This document shows, in pieces, positions 21,216 through 32,047 of a stretch of DNA of 64,000 nucleotides (position 1 is its first letter; every line of letters begins with the position of its first letter). Source of the DNA: Clostridia bacterium (GTDB lineage Bacteria; Bacillota; Clostridia; TANB77; CAG-508); contig CAAEUE010000001.1 in assembly GCA_900759015.1 (NCBI GenBank), positions 45,637 through 109,636 of the forward strand, in the 5' to 3' direction. Under the pieces are notes generated by a model that made no database searches, was not told where the DNA came from, and saw only the letters and a program-made list of their open reading frames with translations. The position numbers and the translations under genes are program-made.

Positions 21216-21653
21216 ATGGAGATTTTCACATTATTAGAAACCCTAGAAGAAATACTAGAACAGAGTAAAAAACTTCCATTTACTGATAAAGCAATTGTTG
21301 ATAAGGAAGCTATATTAGAAGTTATAAAAGAGATAAGACTAAAACTTCCAGATGAATTAAAACAAGCAAAATGGGTAAAAGAAGAAAGACAGAGAATATT
21401 AACTGAAGCTCAAAAAGAAGCAAATGATATAGTAAAAGAAGCAGAGACAAGAATTATTTCTATGATAGATGAACATGAGATCACTAAAAAAGCGTATGAG
21501 CAAAAAGCACAAATAATAGAAACTGCTAACGAAATGTCAAGAGAAATATCACAGGGAACAAAAGAATATGCTGATAATGTCTTAGGAAGTATTCAAACAG
21601 CATTAGAAGATGCACTAAAAGTTATACAAAATAATAGAAAAGAATTAAAATAA
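21216..21653 (+). CDS. Hypothetical coiled-coil protein (ATP-synthase-b-like helical repeat)
   Basis: 145 aa, entirely helical and K/E-rich. Good RBS. No catalytic motif. Confidence 0.5.
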   Translation: MEIFTLLETLEEILEQSKKLPFTDKAIVDKEAILEVIKEIRLKLPDELKQAKWVKEERQRILTEAQKEANDIVKEAETRIISMIDEHEITKKAYEQKAQIIETANEMSREISQGTKEYADNVLGSIQTALEDALKVIQNNRKELK

Positions 21654-21660
21654 ATTGGAA

Positions 21661-21714
21661 GTCAGAGGTCGGTATTTATTTTTTAGATGATACAGACATC
21701 TGACCTTTTTTTGT
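21661..21714 (+). terminator. Rho-independent terminator
   Basis: Stem GTCAGAGGTC / GACATCTGAC followed by TTTTTTTT. Confidence 0.45.
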
Positions 21715-21889
21715 ATATAGTAAACTAATAGCTATACTAAATACTTATGGCGCATGCTAGATATTCTGGAATTTTCCAATGTATAGGTTTCTTATGTGTA
21801 TCATTTTAATGCATACAAATAATTTATGTGAAACAAATCTTGCATACGCTTTTGTATGTAGTTATATAATAAAAATCGGAGGGAATGTA

Positions 21890-24313
21890 ATGGCAAAAGC
21901 AAGAAGAGCTAAAAGTACTAGAAGAACATCAAATACTAGAAGTGCTACAAGGACTAGAAAAAAGAAAAATAATATAGATAAAAATTTAGTAGTTGTTGTT
22001 ATGATAATAACAAGTTTATTACTTTGTGTTTTGATATATGCACAATCAGGATGGATAGGAGAACATTTAAGTCCTATATTAGGTGGAATAATGGGGTGGA
22101 TAAAATATATTATTCCAGTAGGAACATTTGCAATGGCAATAAAAATAGCTATAGATGACAAAGAATATTTAAGTAAAAAAATAATTAATTATATTATATT
22201 TTTAGTATGTATTGCTGCAACTATGGTAATTATAGAGATAAATAATGGTACATTATCTATCAATTTGGATTTTTCAACATTTTTAGAAGAAGCATATGAT
22301 TTAGGAACTCAAAATGTGGCAGGAGGAGTTATAGGAGCAGTAATTGCAATGCCAATTTGTAAATTATTAGGAACTATTGGAGGAATAATATTATTAATTG
22401 GAATAGCTATTATTACCTTAATTAATTTATTTGAAATAAAACCAGCAGAGATAATAAGAGATTACTTTGAGAGAATGAAAGAAAGAAGAGAATATGAAGA
22501 TGACGAAGATGAGGAAATAGAGGAAGAAAATGAAAAGGATGTCTTAATAGAAAAGAAGAAGGATAAAGTAAAGAATAAGAACAAGAAAAAGAAGAGAGAA
22601 AACGAAAGCGAAAAAGAGGAAAAAGAAGAAATTCCAATAGAAGAGCAAATTACAATTAATTTAAACGAAACAGAACCAAAAAAGAAAAAATTAAGTCATG
22701 GTAAAGAGGAAACAAATACACAAGTAAAAGAAAATAAACCAAATCAAATTGAAGCAAATTTATTTAAACAGGAGCAAGAAAAGAAAGAAGAAAAAACAAA
22801 AGAAGTATTAGTACTAGAGCATGGGTTAACGGAAGAAGAAGAAAATTACGAATTTCCACCAATTGAATTGCTTAGTGAAGGAGAAGGTAGAGTATTTAAA
22901 GGAGGAAAAAAGGCTTTAACAGATACAGCAGCCAAATTACAAAAAACTTTATATAGTTTTGGTGTTTCTGCAAAAGTAGAAAATGTTTCGGTTGGACCTG
23001 CAATTACAAGATATGAAGTAAAACCAGCAGAAGGAGTAAGAGTAAATAAAATTGCAAATCTAGCTGATGATATTGCTTTAAGTTTAGCAGCAGAGAGCAT
23101 AAGAATAGAAGCACCAATTCCAGGAAAACAAGCAGTTGGAATAGAAATTCCAAATAAAGAAAATGAGGTTGTACATTTAAGGGATATTATAGAAACAGAA
23201 GAATTTGTAAACCATAAATCAAAATTAGCATTAGCGTTAGGAAAAAATGTTGGAGGAGAAGCTGTTATTGCAGATGTTGCCAAAATGCCACATGTTTTAA
23301 TAGCAGGAAGTACAGGATCTGGAAAGAGTGTTTGTATAAATACTTTAATTACAAGTATATTATATAAAGCAAAACCAAATGAAGTAAAATTATTAATGGT
23401 TGATCCGAAAGTCGTTGAATTATCTGTTTATAATGGAATTCCTCATTTATTAATACCTGTTGTAACAGATCCTAAAAAGGCAGCAGGAGCATTAGCGTGG
23501 GCTGTTCAAGAAATGGTAAACAGATATAGTCTTTTTGCCAACAAAGGTGTAAGAGATATAAAAGGATATAATTCAGCAATAGAAAAAGAAGGAGGAACAG
23601 GAAAACTTCCACAAATTGTAATTATAATAGACGAACTTGCAGATTTAATGATGGTAGCAGCAAAAGATGTAGAAGATGCAATATGCAGATTAGCACAAAT
23701 GGCAAGAGCTGCTGGAATGCATTTGGTAATAGCGACACAAAGACCATCTGTTGATGTAATTACAGGTATAATAAAAGCTAATATTCCATCAAGAATAGCA
23801 TTTGCTGTTTCATCACAAGTAGACTCTAGAACTATTCTAGACTCAGTGGGTGCAGAAAAACTATTAGGAAAAGGAGATATGCTATTTTACCCATCTGGCG
23901 CATCAAAACCAATGAGAGTTCAAGGCTCTTTTGTATCTGATGGAGAAGTAGAAAAAATAGTAGATTTCTTAAAATTTAATGGTGGAGAGGCTAAATATAA
24001 TGAAGATATTATTGAAAGTATAGAAAAAGCAAATAGTACAGATCAAGAACTTGATAAAATGGAAGATGAAGATGATGCAGATCCTTTATTAATGGAAGCA
24101 ATAGATACAGTGGTAGAAACAGGACAAGCTTCAACATCTTTTATCCAAAGAAGATTTAAAGTAGGATATGCAAGAGCTGGCAGAATAATAGATCAAATGG
24201 AAGAGAGAGGAATTATTTCTGGTTACCAAGGAAGTAAACCAAGAGAAGTACTAATAACAAAAGAAAGATTAGATGAGTTAAAAATGGGAACTACTCCAGA
24301 TGAAAATACATAG
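21890..24313 (+). CDS. ftsK: DNA translocase FtsK/SpoIIIE
   Basis: N-terminal TM domain, acidic/K-rich linker, motor domain with Walker A GSTGSGKS, and a gamma domain. ORF track 21779..24313; the true start is ATG 21890 after a GGAGGG RBS. Confidence 0.95.
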   Translation: MAKARRAKSTRRTSNTRSATRTRKKKNNIDKNLVVVVMIITSLLLCVLIYAQSGWIGEHLSPILGGIMGWIKYIIPVGTFAMAIKIAIDDKEYLSKKIINYIIFLVCIAATMVIIEINNGTLSINLDFSTFLEEAYDLGTQNVAGGVIGAVIAMPICKLLGTIGGIILLIGIAIITLINLFEIKPAEIIRDYFERMKERREYEDDEDEEIEEENEKDVLIEKKKDKVKNKNKKKKRENESEKEEKEEIPIEEQITINLNETEPKKKKLSHGKEETNTQVKENKPNQIEANLFKQEQEKKEEKTKEVLVLEHGLTEEEENYEFPPIELLSEGEGRVFKGGKKALTDTAAKLQKTLYSFGVSAKVENVSVGPAITRYEVKPAEGVRVNKIANLADDIALSLAAESIRIEAPIPGKQAVGIEIPNKENEVVHLRDIIETEEFVNHKSKLALALGKNVGGEAVIADVAKMPHVLIAGSTGSGKSVCINTLITSILYKAKPNEVKLLMVDPKVVELSVYNGIPHLLIPVVTDPKKAAGALAWAVQEMVNRYSLFANKGVRDIKGYNSAIEKEGGTGKLPQIVIIIDELADLMMVAAKDVEDAICRLAQMARAAGMHLVIATQRPSVDVITGIIKANIPSRIAFAVSSQVDSRTILDSVGAEKLLGKGDMLFYPSGASKPMRVQGSFVSDGEVEKIVDFLKFNGGEAKYNEDIIESIEKANSTDQELDKMEDEDDADPLLMEAIDTVVETGQASTSFIQRRFKVGYARAGRIIDQMEERGIISGYQGSKPREVLITKERLDELKMGTTPDENT

Positions 24314-24327
24314 AAAGGTGGAAAATT

Positions 24328-25878
24328 ATGCCAAAAGAAAAGATTTTTTCTAAACTAAAATATAAGGACTATAATAATATGCTAGAACAAGTTTTAGAAA
24401 AAAAAGATTTTTCAAGTACTGGTAAAAATTTAATATTAAGTGTTTTATATAAAATGGAAACAAATTATAATGATTATAAAACAGTTAAAAGGGATATTAC
24501 AGATAAAGAGGAGATTTTAGTTAATTTTATAAATATTGTGAAAAATGATTGTAATAGTTTAATTATTATAAAACCGGAGAGTAAAAAAAGTGTTATATTA
24601 AATAATACAACATCTAAATATATTGCAAATGCTGATAATAAGGAGTTAGAAGTATTTCCGAATGAAAAATATATTTTAGAAGGAATTTATAGTTTATATG
24701 ATAATGAAAAAATGGTAAATGATAAATATGGAATTCTAAAAGATGCAATTACAGAAATTTTCAGAAATGGAAATTCAAGTAATAACATAGAACTTTTACG
24801 AGATTTTAATGGATTTGCATGGTATATAGAACCAAATGAATTTGAAGATATTTATTCTAATTTAATTTTTCAAGATATTAGAATAATTGCTGGAAATGAT
24901 TTGCTAAAGGATTGGATATATAATAAAAGTGAAGAGATTGATTATATATTAGAATTAAAAAAGGAATTAAATAGAAGATATGATCAAGAAATGGCAGAAC
25001 AATTATTTAATCAAATAATGATAACAATATTAAAAGTATATATAGAAAGACATCCAGAAAAAATTAAAGAATTAGCGGTAAAAGAAGAGGAAAGTCCTCA
25101 AGATATGAAAAAATATGTTGAGGAAATATCAAGAGATAAAAAGAAGTTATTAAGACAAGTAGAAAATTTAGATAGATGTATAAATGATAATGATAAATTA
25201 ACAGAAGAATTAGTAGCAAGAAATAAAGTTGGAGAAACAATAAAAAATGAATCAGAATTAAAAGAAATCCTAATAGAAGAAAGACAGAAATGCATAAATA
25301 AAATTATGGAATATAATAGGTCTATAGATCCAAGACAAATTATGAAAAAAAAGAAAAAGCAATCTACACAGACACAACTTTTTGATTATAAAGCAATAGC
25401 AGAAAGTGATACAACAGCATTAGAGGAATTAATTAATTTACAAAAATTATTTTTAAAGGGATATAAAATATTAGCAGAAAAATTAAAAGGAAAAAAAGAG
25501 GTATTAGAATTAATTTATGAATTTAGATATTATAATTTAATTCCAATAACACGAAGTCAACTTTTAAAAGATAATGAGAAATTAAAAGAAGATATAGATA
25601 ATATTAGAGAGTTTTTAATAACAAAAGCAATAGATGAAAAGCTTATAAATTTAGTAAATTCTAATAAATATATAAATAGTGAGATTTTAAAGAATATCTT
25701 TTCATTAAGAATAATTAATTTAGAAAAAGTAGAAGTAAATATACAACATATACAAGAAGGAATAAGGGCGAATTATTTGGATGGAGATGTAGAGGAAACA
25801 TCTAAAAATATAGTTGTTCCAGAAAATATAGGTAAATACAAAGTTAAAGAAAAGAAAAAAATAAAAATATTCTCATAA
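24328..25878 (+). CDS. Hypothetical protein (K/E/N-rich, helical)
   Basis: 516 aa. No motif recognised. Confidence 0.5.
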   Translation: MPKEKIFSKLKYKDYNNMLEQVLEKKDFSSTGKNLILSVLYKMETNYNDYKTVKRDITDKEEILVNFINIVKNDCNSLIIIKPESKKSVILNNTTSKYIANADNKELEVFPNEKYILEGIYSLYDNEKMVNDKYGILKDAITEIFRNGNSSNNIELLRDFNGFAWYIEPNEFEDIYSNLIFQDIRIIAGNDLLKDWIYNKSEEIDYILELKKELNRRYDQEMAEQLFNQIMITILKVYIERHPEKIKELAVKEEESPQDMKKYVEEISRDKKKLLRQVENLDRCINDNDKLTEELVARNKVGETIKNESELKEILIEERQKCINKIMEYNRSIDPRQIMKKKKKQSTQTQLFDYKAIAESDTTALEELINLQKLFLKGYKILAEKLKGKKEVLELIYEFRYYNLIPITRSQLLKDNEKLKEDIDNIREFLITKAIDEKLINLVNSNKYINSEILKNIFSLRIINLEKVEVNIQHIQEGIRANYLDGDVEETSKNIVVPENIGKYKVKEKKKIKIFS

Positions 25879-25889
25879 GGAGGAAAAAC

Positions 25890-27557
25890 ATGAAAATAAC
25901 TTTTTTAGGTGCTACTAAAACTGTAACAGGTTCTAATTTTTTAGTAGAAGGCGCAGGAAAAAAATTTTTAGTTGATTGTGGTTTATTTCAAGGAAAAGCA
26001 ACAGAAGAATTAGAAAACGAAGAGCCTTTTGAATTTGACATTAATAGTATAGATTTTATGTTATTAACGCATGCACATATTGATCATTCAGGAAGAATTC
26101 CAAAATTATATAAAGAAGGATATAGAAAAGATGTTATTGCAACAAAGGCTACTTGTGACTTATGTTCTATAATGTTACCAGATAGTGGTCACATACAAGA
26201 AATGGAAGTTGGATGGAAAAACAAGAAAAGAATAAGAAAAGGTGAAGAAGAATTAGAACCTCTTTATACTGCTGAAGAAGCTGCAAGATCATTAGAATTA
26301 TTTAAACCTGTAAAATATGACGAAATAATTGAGATAGATGAAAATATACATGTAAGGTTTAACGATGCAGGACATATGCTTGGTTCTTCGACTATAGAAG
26401 TATGGATAAATGAAAATGGTAAGGAAGAAAAAATAGTATTTTCCGGAGATTTAGGAAATAATGATATTCCATTATTAAGTGAGCCAACAATGATAGAAGA
26501 TACAGATTATTTAGTTATGGAATCAACATATGGTAGCAGATTACATATGAGAAATGATGATAAAGCAGAATTATTTTTAGACATTGTTTCTGAAACTTTA
26601 GAACAAGGTGGAACAGTTGTTATACCTTCATTTGCTGTTGGTAGAACCCAAGAAATATTATTTGAAATAAATAAGTTAAAAGATAAAAGAGATGATGAGG
26701 AATTTAGAAAAAAATATGAAGAATTGATGAGAGTTCCAGTATATGTAGATAGTCCACTTGCTATATCTGCAACAGAAGTTTTTGAAGATAATATGGATTT
26801 ATTTGATGAGGAAACAAAAGAATACATCCAAAAAGGAAATAATCCATTGGAATTTCCAGGCTTAAAATTCACACGTACTGTAGAAGAATCAAAGGCTTTA
26901 AATGAAAGTAATGAGTCATGTATTATAATTTCTGCTAGTGGAATGTGTGATGTTGGTAGAATTAAACATCATTTAAAACATAATATATGGAATCCTAAAA
27001 ATACAATTTTATTTGTAGGCTACCAAGCACCAGGAACACTAGGATATAGTATAGTAAATGGAGCTAAAAAAATAAAATTATTTGGCGAAGAAGTAGCTGT
27101 AAATGCTAGAGTAGAATATATAGAGGGGTATTCTGGACATGCTGACCAAGAAGGGCTATTAAACTTTATATATTCATTTTTAAAGAAACCAAAACATATC
27201 TTTTTATTACATGGAGAGCCAGAAGGACAAGAAGTGTTAAAAGAAAAAATAATAGAGACAACTAATTTGCCAGTTTCAATTCCAAGCTTTGGAGAAACAT
27301 ATGAAATTACAGATACATCTGTAAGATTAATAGGAAGATATAGAAGACCAGAAAAAGAAGATAATAAATTTACTAAACTTGCAATTATAGATAGATTGAA
27401 TGCATTAAAAGAAAAAATTAATGATATGGAAGATATAGTAAATGATGAATTAACAGATCAAGATATACAAGAAGGAAGATTGGATAGTTTAAGTGAGAAA
27501 ATTAAAGACTTACAACGACAGATTAATAGAATTGTAAATAAAGGAGAATACAAATGA
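25890..27557 (+). CDS. Beta-CASP family MBL-fold ribonuclease (COG1236/TTHA0252-like)
   Basis: VTGSNFLVE...LVDCGLFQG...LLTHAHIDHSGRIPKL...EGYR..V.AT matches the RNA-metabolising metallo-beta-lactamase/beta-CASP family. About 90 extra C-terminal residues are predicted to form a coiled coil. Confidence 0.8.
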   Translation: MKITFLGATKTVTGSNFLVEGAGKKFLVDCGLFQGKATEELENEEPFEFDINSIDFMLLTHAHIDHSGRIPKLYKEGYRKDVIATKATCDLCSIMLPDSGHIQEMEVGWKNKKRIRKGEEELEPLYTAEEAARSLELFKPVKYDEIIEIDENIHVRFNDAGHMLGSSTIEVWINENGKEEKIVFSGDLGNNDIPLLSEPTMIEDTDYLVMESTYGSRLHMRNDDKAELFLDIVSETLEQGGTVVIPSFAVGRTQEILFEINKLKDKRDDEEFRKKYEELMRVPVYVDSPLAISATEVFEDNMDLFDEETKEYIQKGNNPLEFPGLKFTRTVEESKALNESNESCIIISASGMCDVGRIKHHLKHNIWNPKNTILFVGYQAPGTLGYSIVNGAKKIKLFGEEVAVNARVEYIEGYSGHADQEGLLNFIYSFLKKPKHIFLLHGEPEGQEVLKEKIIETTNLPVSIPSFGETYEITDTSVRLIGRYRRPEKEDNKFTKLAIIDRLNALKEKINDMEDIVNDELTDQDIQEGRLDSLSEKIKDLQRQINRIVNKGEYK

Positions 27558-29518
27558 AAAGAAAATATTTAAATGATGCTATTATAGGAAATAGAAAAAT
27601 GATCGCTAGTTTGTCAGAAAAAGGAGAACTATTAAGATTAAGTTATCCAACGGCAGACTATAGGCAATTTATAGATTATTATGAAACAGGTGTAAAGATA
27701 AATGATTCAGCATTAATTAGGCTTCATAATGATATCAATAATGTGTATAATCAATATTATTCTACGGATACAAATGTATTAAATACAGAAATAGAAAACA
27801 CATATTTTAAGCTTAATATGAAGCAAGAAGACTTTATACCAATGAAAAAAGATGTATTAATAAGAAGATATACATTTACAAATTATAATAAAATAGATTT
27901 GGATGTAAAATTTTTAATAGAATCAAAATTATTTTCAAATTTAAATAATATGGTTGGAACTAGAATATGTGATAATGCTATGATTCAATATAGTCATGAT
28001 TTTGCTATGACAACATTTTCTAATATGCCAATATATAGTTATCAATTAAATAATGTAGATGAAACTATTTCTTCTGGAGTAATAAAAGATAAAGATTATA
28101 TAGCAATGTCTAATCATTCTGCAATAGCTTATGATGTAGGTGTATTAAGACCGGGTGAATCTAAAGAATTTAATGTATACATATACATAAATAAAAATTA
28201 TAAGGTTGATGTGTTAGATGATTTAATAAAAGAAATAGACGAAATAAAAGAATATGATACCTTAAGATTAATGATGGATACAAAAGCTTATTGGAGAAAA
28301 TATGTAAAAAAACATGAAGTGCTTAAAGTAAAAGATTATGGCGAAATATATAATGCCAAAATACAAAAAATCTTAAGAAGAACAATTTTATTATTTCCTT
28401 TATTAGTTAATGAGGATACAGGAGGAATAATTGCAGCATTAGAAGTTGATGAAGAAAAAGATTTATGTGGAAGATATGCTTATTGTTGGCCAAGAGATGC
28501 TGTTACTATTTCACAAGCGCTAGACATGGTAGGAATGTACAAAGATGCAGATAATTTCTATAATATTTTCTTAAGAAAAACTCAAAGTAAAAATGGAATG
28601 TGGGAACAACGTTTTTATACAGATGGAAGACTAGCTCCTTGTTGGGGATATCAAATAGATGAAACAGGAAGTGTAGTTGCAGGATTATATCAGCATTTTA
28701 AAATAAAAGAATTTAGACTTAAACAAAGAGATATGGATCTATTAAAAAATAATTTGGCTATGTGCGAAAATGCAGTTGAATTTTTAAAGAAATATATGGA
28801 TCATTTATTAAATAAAGATGAAGATAAGGAAGAAGTAGTAGAGACAAAATATAGCTATTTAGACAGAAGTCAAATATATAAACATGTAAGTTATGACTTA
28901 TGGGAAATGAACGAAGGAGTACATTTATATTCTTTATCTGCAATATATGCTGCTTTTAGTGCAATGGAATTAATTTATAAAGAATTACAAAAAGACAATA
29001 AAAGATTCAAATTACCAGAAGATTATAATGAGTTGTCAGAATATAAAGAATTAATAAAAAAATATATACTAGATAATATGTGTGATAAAAATCAAAATAT
29101 ATTAAAAAGAAATATTAAAGATAATAATATGGATATTAGTATAATGGGAACAATTACACCATTTAATGTATTTGATCCAAATGATAAATTAATACAAAAT
29201 ACAGTTCAAAAGATTAATTTAACATTAAGGACATATACAGGTGGATATTTAAGATTTGAACATGATGGTTATATGGGTGGAAAAAATCCATGGCCAATAG
29301 CAACTTTGTGGATGTATATTTATTATAAAAAAATTGGAGCAACAAAAGAAGCTAATGAATGTTTAAAATTTGTAATAGATACATCTACGCCTTTAGGGTT
29401 ATTAGCAGAACAAATTGATAATGAAAAAATGAAATCTAAGTGGGTAATAGGTTTAGGATGGTCACATGCAATGTTTGTGCTATCATTGGGAATAGATGAA
29501 CTATTAAACAAAAACTAA
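27554..29518 (+). CDS. Glycoside hydrolase family 15 (glucoamylase/glucodextranase-like)
   Basis: 654 aa with an N-terminal beta-sandwich and an (alpha/alpha)6 catalytic domain (CWPRDA..., DLWEMNEG, PWPIATLWMYIYY). Confidence 0.75.
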   Translation: MKRKYLNDAIIGNRKMIASLSEKGELLRLSYPTADYRQFIDYYETGVKINDSALIRLHNDINNVYNQYYSTDTNVLNTEIENTYFKLNMKQEDFIPMKKDVLIRRYTFTNYNKIDLDVKFLIESKLFSNLNNMVGTRICDNAMIQYSHDFAMTTFSNMPIYSYQLNNVDETISSGVIKDKDYIAMSNHSAIAYDVGVLRPGESKEFNVYIYINKNYKVDVLDDLIKEIDEIKEYDTLRLMMDTKAYWRKYVKKHEVLKVKDYGEIYNAKIQKILRRTILLFPLLVNEDTGGIIAALEVDEEKDLCGRYAYCWPRDAVTISQALDMVGMYKDADNFYNIFLRKTQSKNGMWEQRFYTDGRLAPCWGYQIDETGSVVAGLYQHFKIKEFRLKQRDMDLLKNNLAMCENAVEFLKKYMDHLLNKDEDKEEVVETKYSYLDRSQIYKHVSYDLWEMNEGVHLYSLSAIYAAFSAMELIYKELQKDNKRFKLPEDYNELSEYKELIKKYILDNMCDKNQNILKRNIKDNNMDISIMGTITPFNVFDPNDKLIQNTVQKINLTLRTYTGGYLRFEHDGYMGGKNPWPIATLWMYIYYKKIGATKEANECLKFVIDTSTPLGLLAEQIDNEKMKSKWVIGLGWSHAMFVLSLGIDELLNKN

Positions 29519-29560
29519 AGATAAAAAATATAGTGCAAGAGTTTATAAAGAAGGAGCAAT

Positions 29561-30919
29561 ATGAAAGCAAAAACAATTTTTGTGTGTAATGAATGTGGAT
29601 ATGAATCTGCAAAATGGATGGGAAAATGCCCAGCTTGTAATTCATGGAATACATTTTTCGAAGAAAAAATTTCTACAAAAGTAGAAAATGGAAAAAGAGA
29701 AAAGAAAATACAAGAAGCACCAAAGCCTTTAAATAGTTATATAGGTCAAGATGCCCAAAGAACTTCTACAGGGTATGCAGAGCTGGATAGAGTTTTAGGT
29801 GGAGGATTAGTAAAAGGATCTTTAGTATTAGTTGGAGGAGAACCAGGAATAGGAAAATCTACTTTAATTTTACAACTGTGTGACAAGGTTAAAGGAGAGG
29901 GAAAAGTTTTATATGTTTCTGGTGAAGAGTCTGCAGAACAAATAAAATTAAGAGCAGATAGGTTAAATATCAAAAATGATGATATTTTATTTTTAGGAGA
30001 AACAGATATAGATATTATTGACCAAAATATAGAAGAACTAAATCCAAAATTAGTAATAATAGACTCTATGCAAACAATGTATTCAGAAGAAATTTCTTCA
30101 GCACCAGGAAGTGTAAGTCAAGTACGAGAAATAACAAGTAGAATAATGAAAATTTGTAAATCTAGAAAAATCACAACTATAATTATTGGACATGTTACAA
30201 AAGATGGTAACATAGCAGGTCCGAGAGTTCTAGAACATATGGTAGATACAGTACTGTATATAGAAGGAGAAAGATATTTTTCTTACAGAATGATAAGAGG
30301 AGTAAAAAATAGATTTGGATCTACTAATGAAGTTGGAATGTTTGAGATGCAAGAAAAGGGAATGGTAGAAATAACAAACCCATCATCAATTCTAATTTCT
30401 GAAAGAGAAGATAACCCATCTGGTTCAGTTGTGGTTGCAACAGTAGAGGGAACAAGACCTTTATTAGTAGAATTGCAAGCATTAGTTACTCAAAGTGTAT
30501 TTGGACTTCCAAGGAGAACTGCAAATGGAATAGATTATAACAGGTTAACATTGTTAGTAGCAGTAATGGAGAAAAAAGCAGGATTTATGTTAGGAAATCA
30601 GGATGTTTATTTAAATGTTGTAGGAGGACTTAAGGTAAACGAACCTGCACTGGATTTAGGAATAATTTTAGCTACTGCATCAAGTTTTAAAAATGTAAGT
30701 ATTCCTAAAGGAGTAATTGCATTAGGAGAAGTAGGATTAACAGGAGAAGTACGTACAATTAATATGATGGAAAAAAGACTAAAAGAGGCAGAAAGATTAG
30801 GATTTAAAAAATGTATAATTCCAGAAAATAACAAAAAACTATTGAAAGAATCATATAAATTGGATATAATTGGTGTGAAAAATATTAACGAGGCCATGAA
30901 AGCAATTGGACTAAGATAG
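29561..30919 (+). CDS. radA: DNA repair protein RadA/Sms
   Basis: N-terminal zinc ribbon CNECGYESAKWMGKCPAC, RecA-like Walker A GEPGIGKST, and a Lon-like C-terminus. Confidence 0.95.
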   Translation: MKAKTIFVCNECGYESAKWMGKCPACNSWNTFFEEKISTKVENGKREKKIQEAPKPLNSYIGQDAQRTSTGYAELDRVLGGGLVKGSLVLVGGEPGIGKSTLILQLCDKVKGEGKVLYVSGEESAEQIKLRADRLNIKNDDILFLGETDIDIIDQNIEELNPKLVIIDSMQTMYSEEISSAPGSVSQVREITSRIMKICKSRKITTIIIGHVTKDGNIAGPRVLEHMVDTVLYIEGERYFSYRMIRGVKNRFGSTNEVGMFEMQEKGMVEITNPSSILISEREDNPSGSVVVATVEGTRPLLVELQALVTQSVFGLPRRTANGIDYNRLTLLVAVMEKKAGFMLGNQDVYLNVVGGLKVNEPALDLGIILATASSFKNVSIPKGVIALGEVGLTGEVRTINMMEKRLKEAERLGFKKCIIPENNKKLLKESYKLDIIGVKNINEAMKAIGLR

Positions 30920-30955
30920 TTCATAAGGTTAGTTAACAGAAAGGGTTGGTAACAA

Positions 30956-32032
30956 GTGAGAATCAGCAAAAAAGATGAAGTTACAGACATACTAAAGTTA
31001 ATTTCACCTGGAACACCAATAAGAGAAGGACTAGATAATATTTTAAAAGCAAAAACAGGAGCATTATTAGTATTTTCTGATACTAAGGAAGTTTTAGACA
31101 TAGTAGATGGTGGTTTTTTTATAGATGAAGAATATACATCATCTAAATTATATGAACTTGCTAAAATGGATGGTGCAATAGTATTAAGTACAGATTTAAA
31201 AAGAATATTATATGCAAATGCACAGCTAATTCCATCACCAGAAATTCCAACTAAAGAAACTGGAACACGTCATAGAACTGCAGAGAGAACAGCAAAACAA
31301 ACCGGAGCATTAGTAATTAGTATTTCACAAAGAAGAAATATAATTACAGTATTTAAAGGAAATTTAAGATATACAATACAAGATTCATCAACTATTTTAA
31401 ATAGAACAAACCAAGCATTACAAACATTAGAAAAATATAAGAAAGTATTTGATAGTAAATTAAATGTATTAAATGAATATGAATTTAATGATATTGTTAC
31501 TTTAGATAATGTAATAAATGCAATTCAAAGAGCAGAAATGGTTATGAAAATAGTAGATGAAGTAAAAAGAGGAATTTCAGAATTAGGACAAGATGGTAGA
31601 CTTATAAGTATGCAATTAGAAGAATTAGTTGGTGGTTTGGAAAGAGAAGAACTTCTGATAATAAAAGATTATCTAGGAAAAGGAACAAATAAAACTGAAG
31701 ACGAAGCATTAGATGAAATAATTGCATTACCATACGAAGATCTTTTAAAAGCATCTTCAATAGCTAAAATTTTAGGGTATGAAAATTTCGATAATTATGA
31801 TGAAGTAGGAGTTTATACGAGAGGTTATAGGATATTAAATAAAATTCCAAGAGTACCTAATAATATCGTAGAAAATTTAGTAAAATCTTTTAAATCTTTT
31901 CAACACATTTTAGCTGCAGATATTCCAGAGCTTGATGAGGTAGAAGGAATAGGAGAGGTAAGAGCTAAAACAATAAAACAATCATTAAAGAGAATGCAAG
32001 AACAATTTGTTTTTGATAATGCTTTAATTTAA
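30956..32032 (+). CDS. disA: DNA integrity scanning protein DisA (diadenylate cyclase)
   Basis: DAC domain (...GALLVFSD...DGAIVLS...TRHRTAER) plus a C-terminal HhH. GTG/ATG start. Confidence 0.9.
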   Translation: MRISKKDEVTDILKLISPGTPIREGLDNILKAKTGALLVFSDTKEVLDIVDGGFFIDEEYTSSKLYELAKMDGAIVLSTDLKRILYANAQLIPSPEIPTKETGTRHRTAERTAKQTGALVISISQRRNIITVFKGNLRYTIQDSSTILNRTNQALQTLEKYKKVFDSKLNVLNEYEFNDIVTLDNVINAIQRAEMVMKIVDEVKRGISELGQDGRLISMQLEELVGGLEREELLIIKDYLGKGTNKTEDEALDEIIALPYEDLLKASSIAKILGYENFDNYDEVGVYTRGYRILNKIPRVPNNIVENLVKSFKSFQHILAADIPELDEVEGIGEVRAKTIKQSLKRMQEQFVFDNALI

Positions 32033-32047
32033 GTAGGAGGATAACGA

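Noticed and set aside
29746-29973. 75-aa minus-strand ORF inside radA, with others at 30607..31101, 33628..33885 and 33903..34178
   Set aside because: Antisense overlaps with confidently identified genes (radA, disA, nifS). No translational signals.
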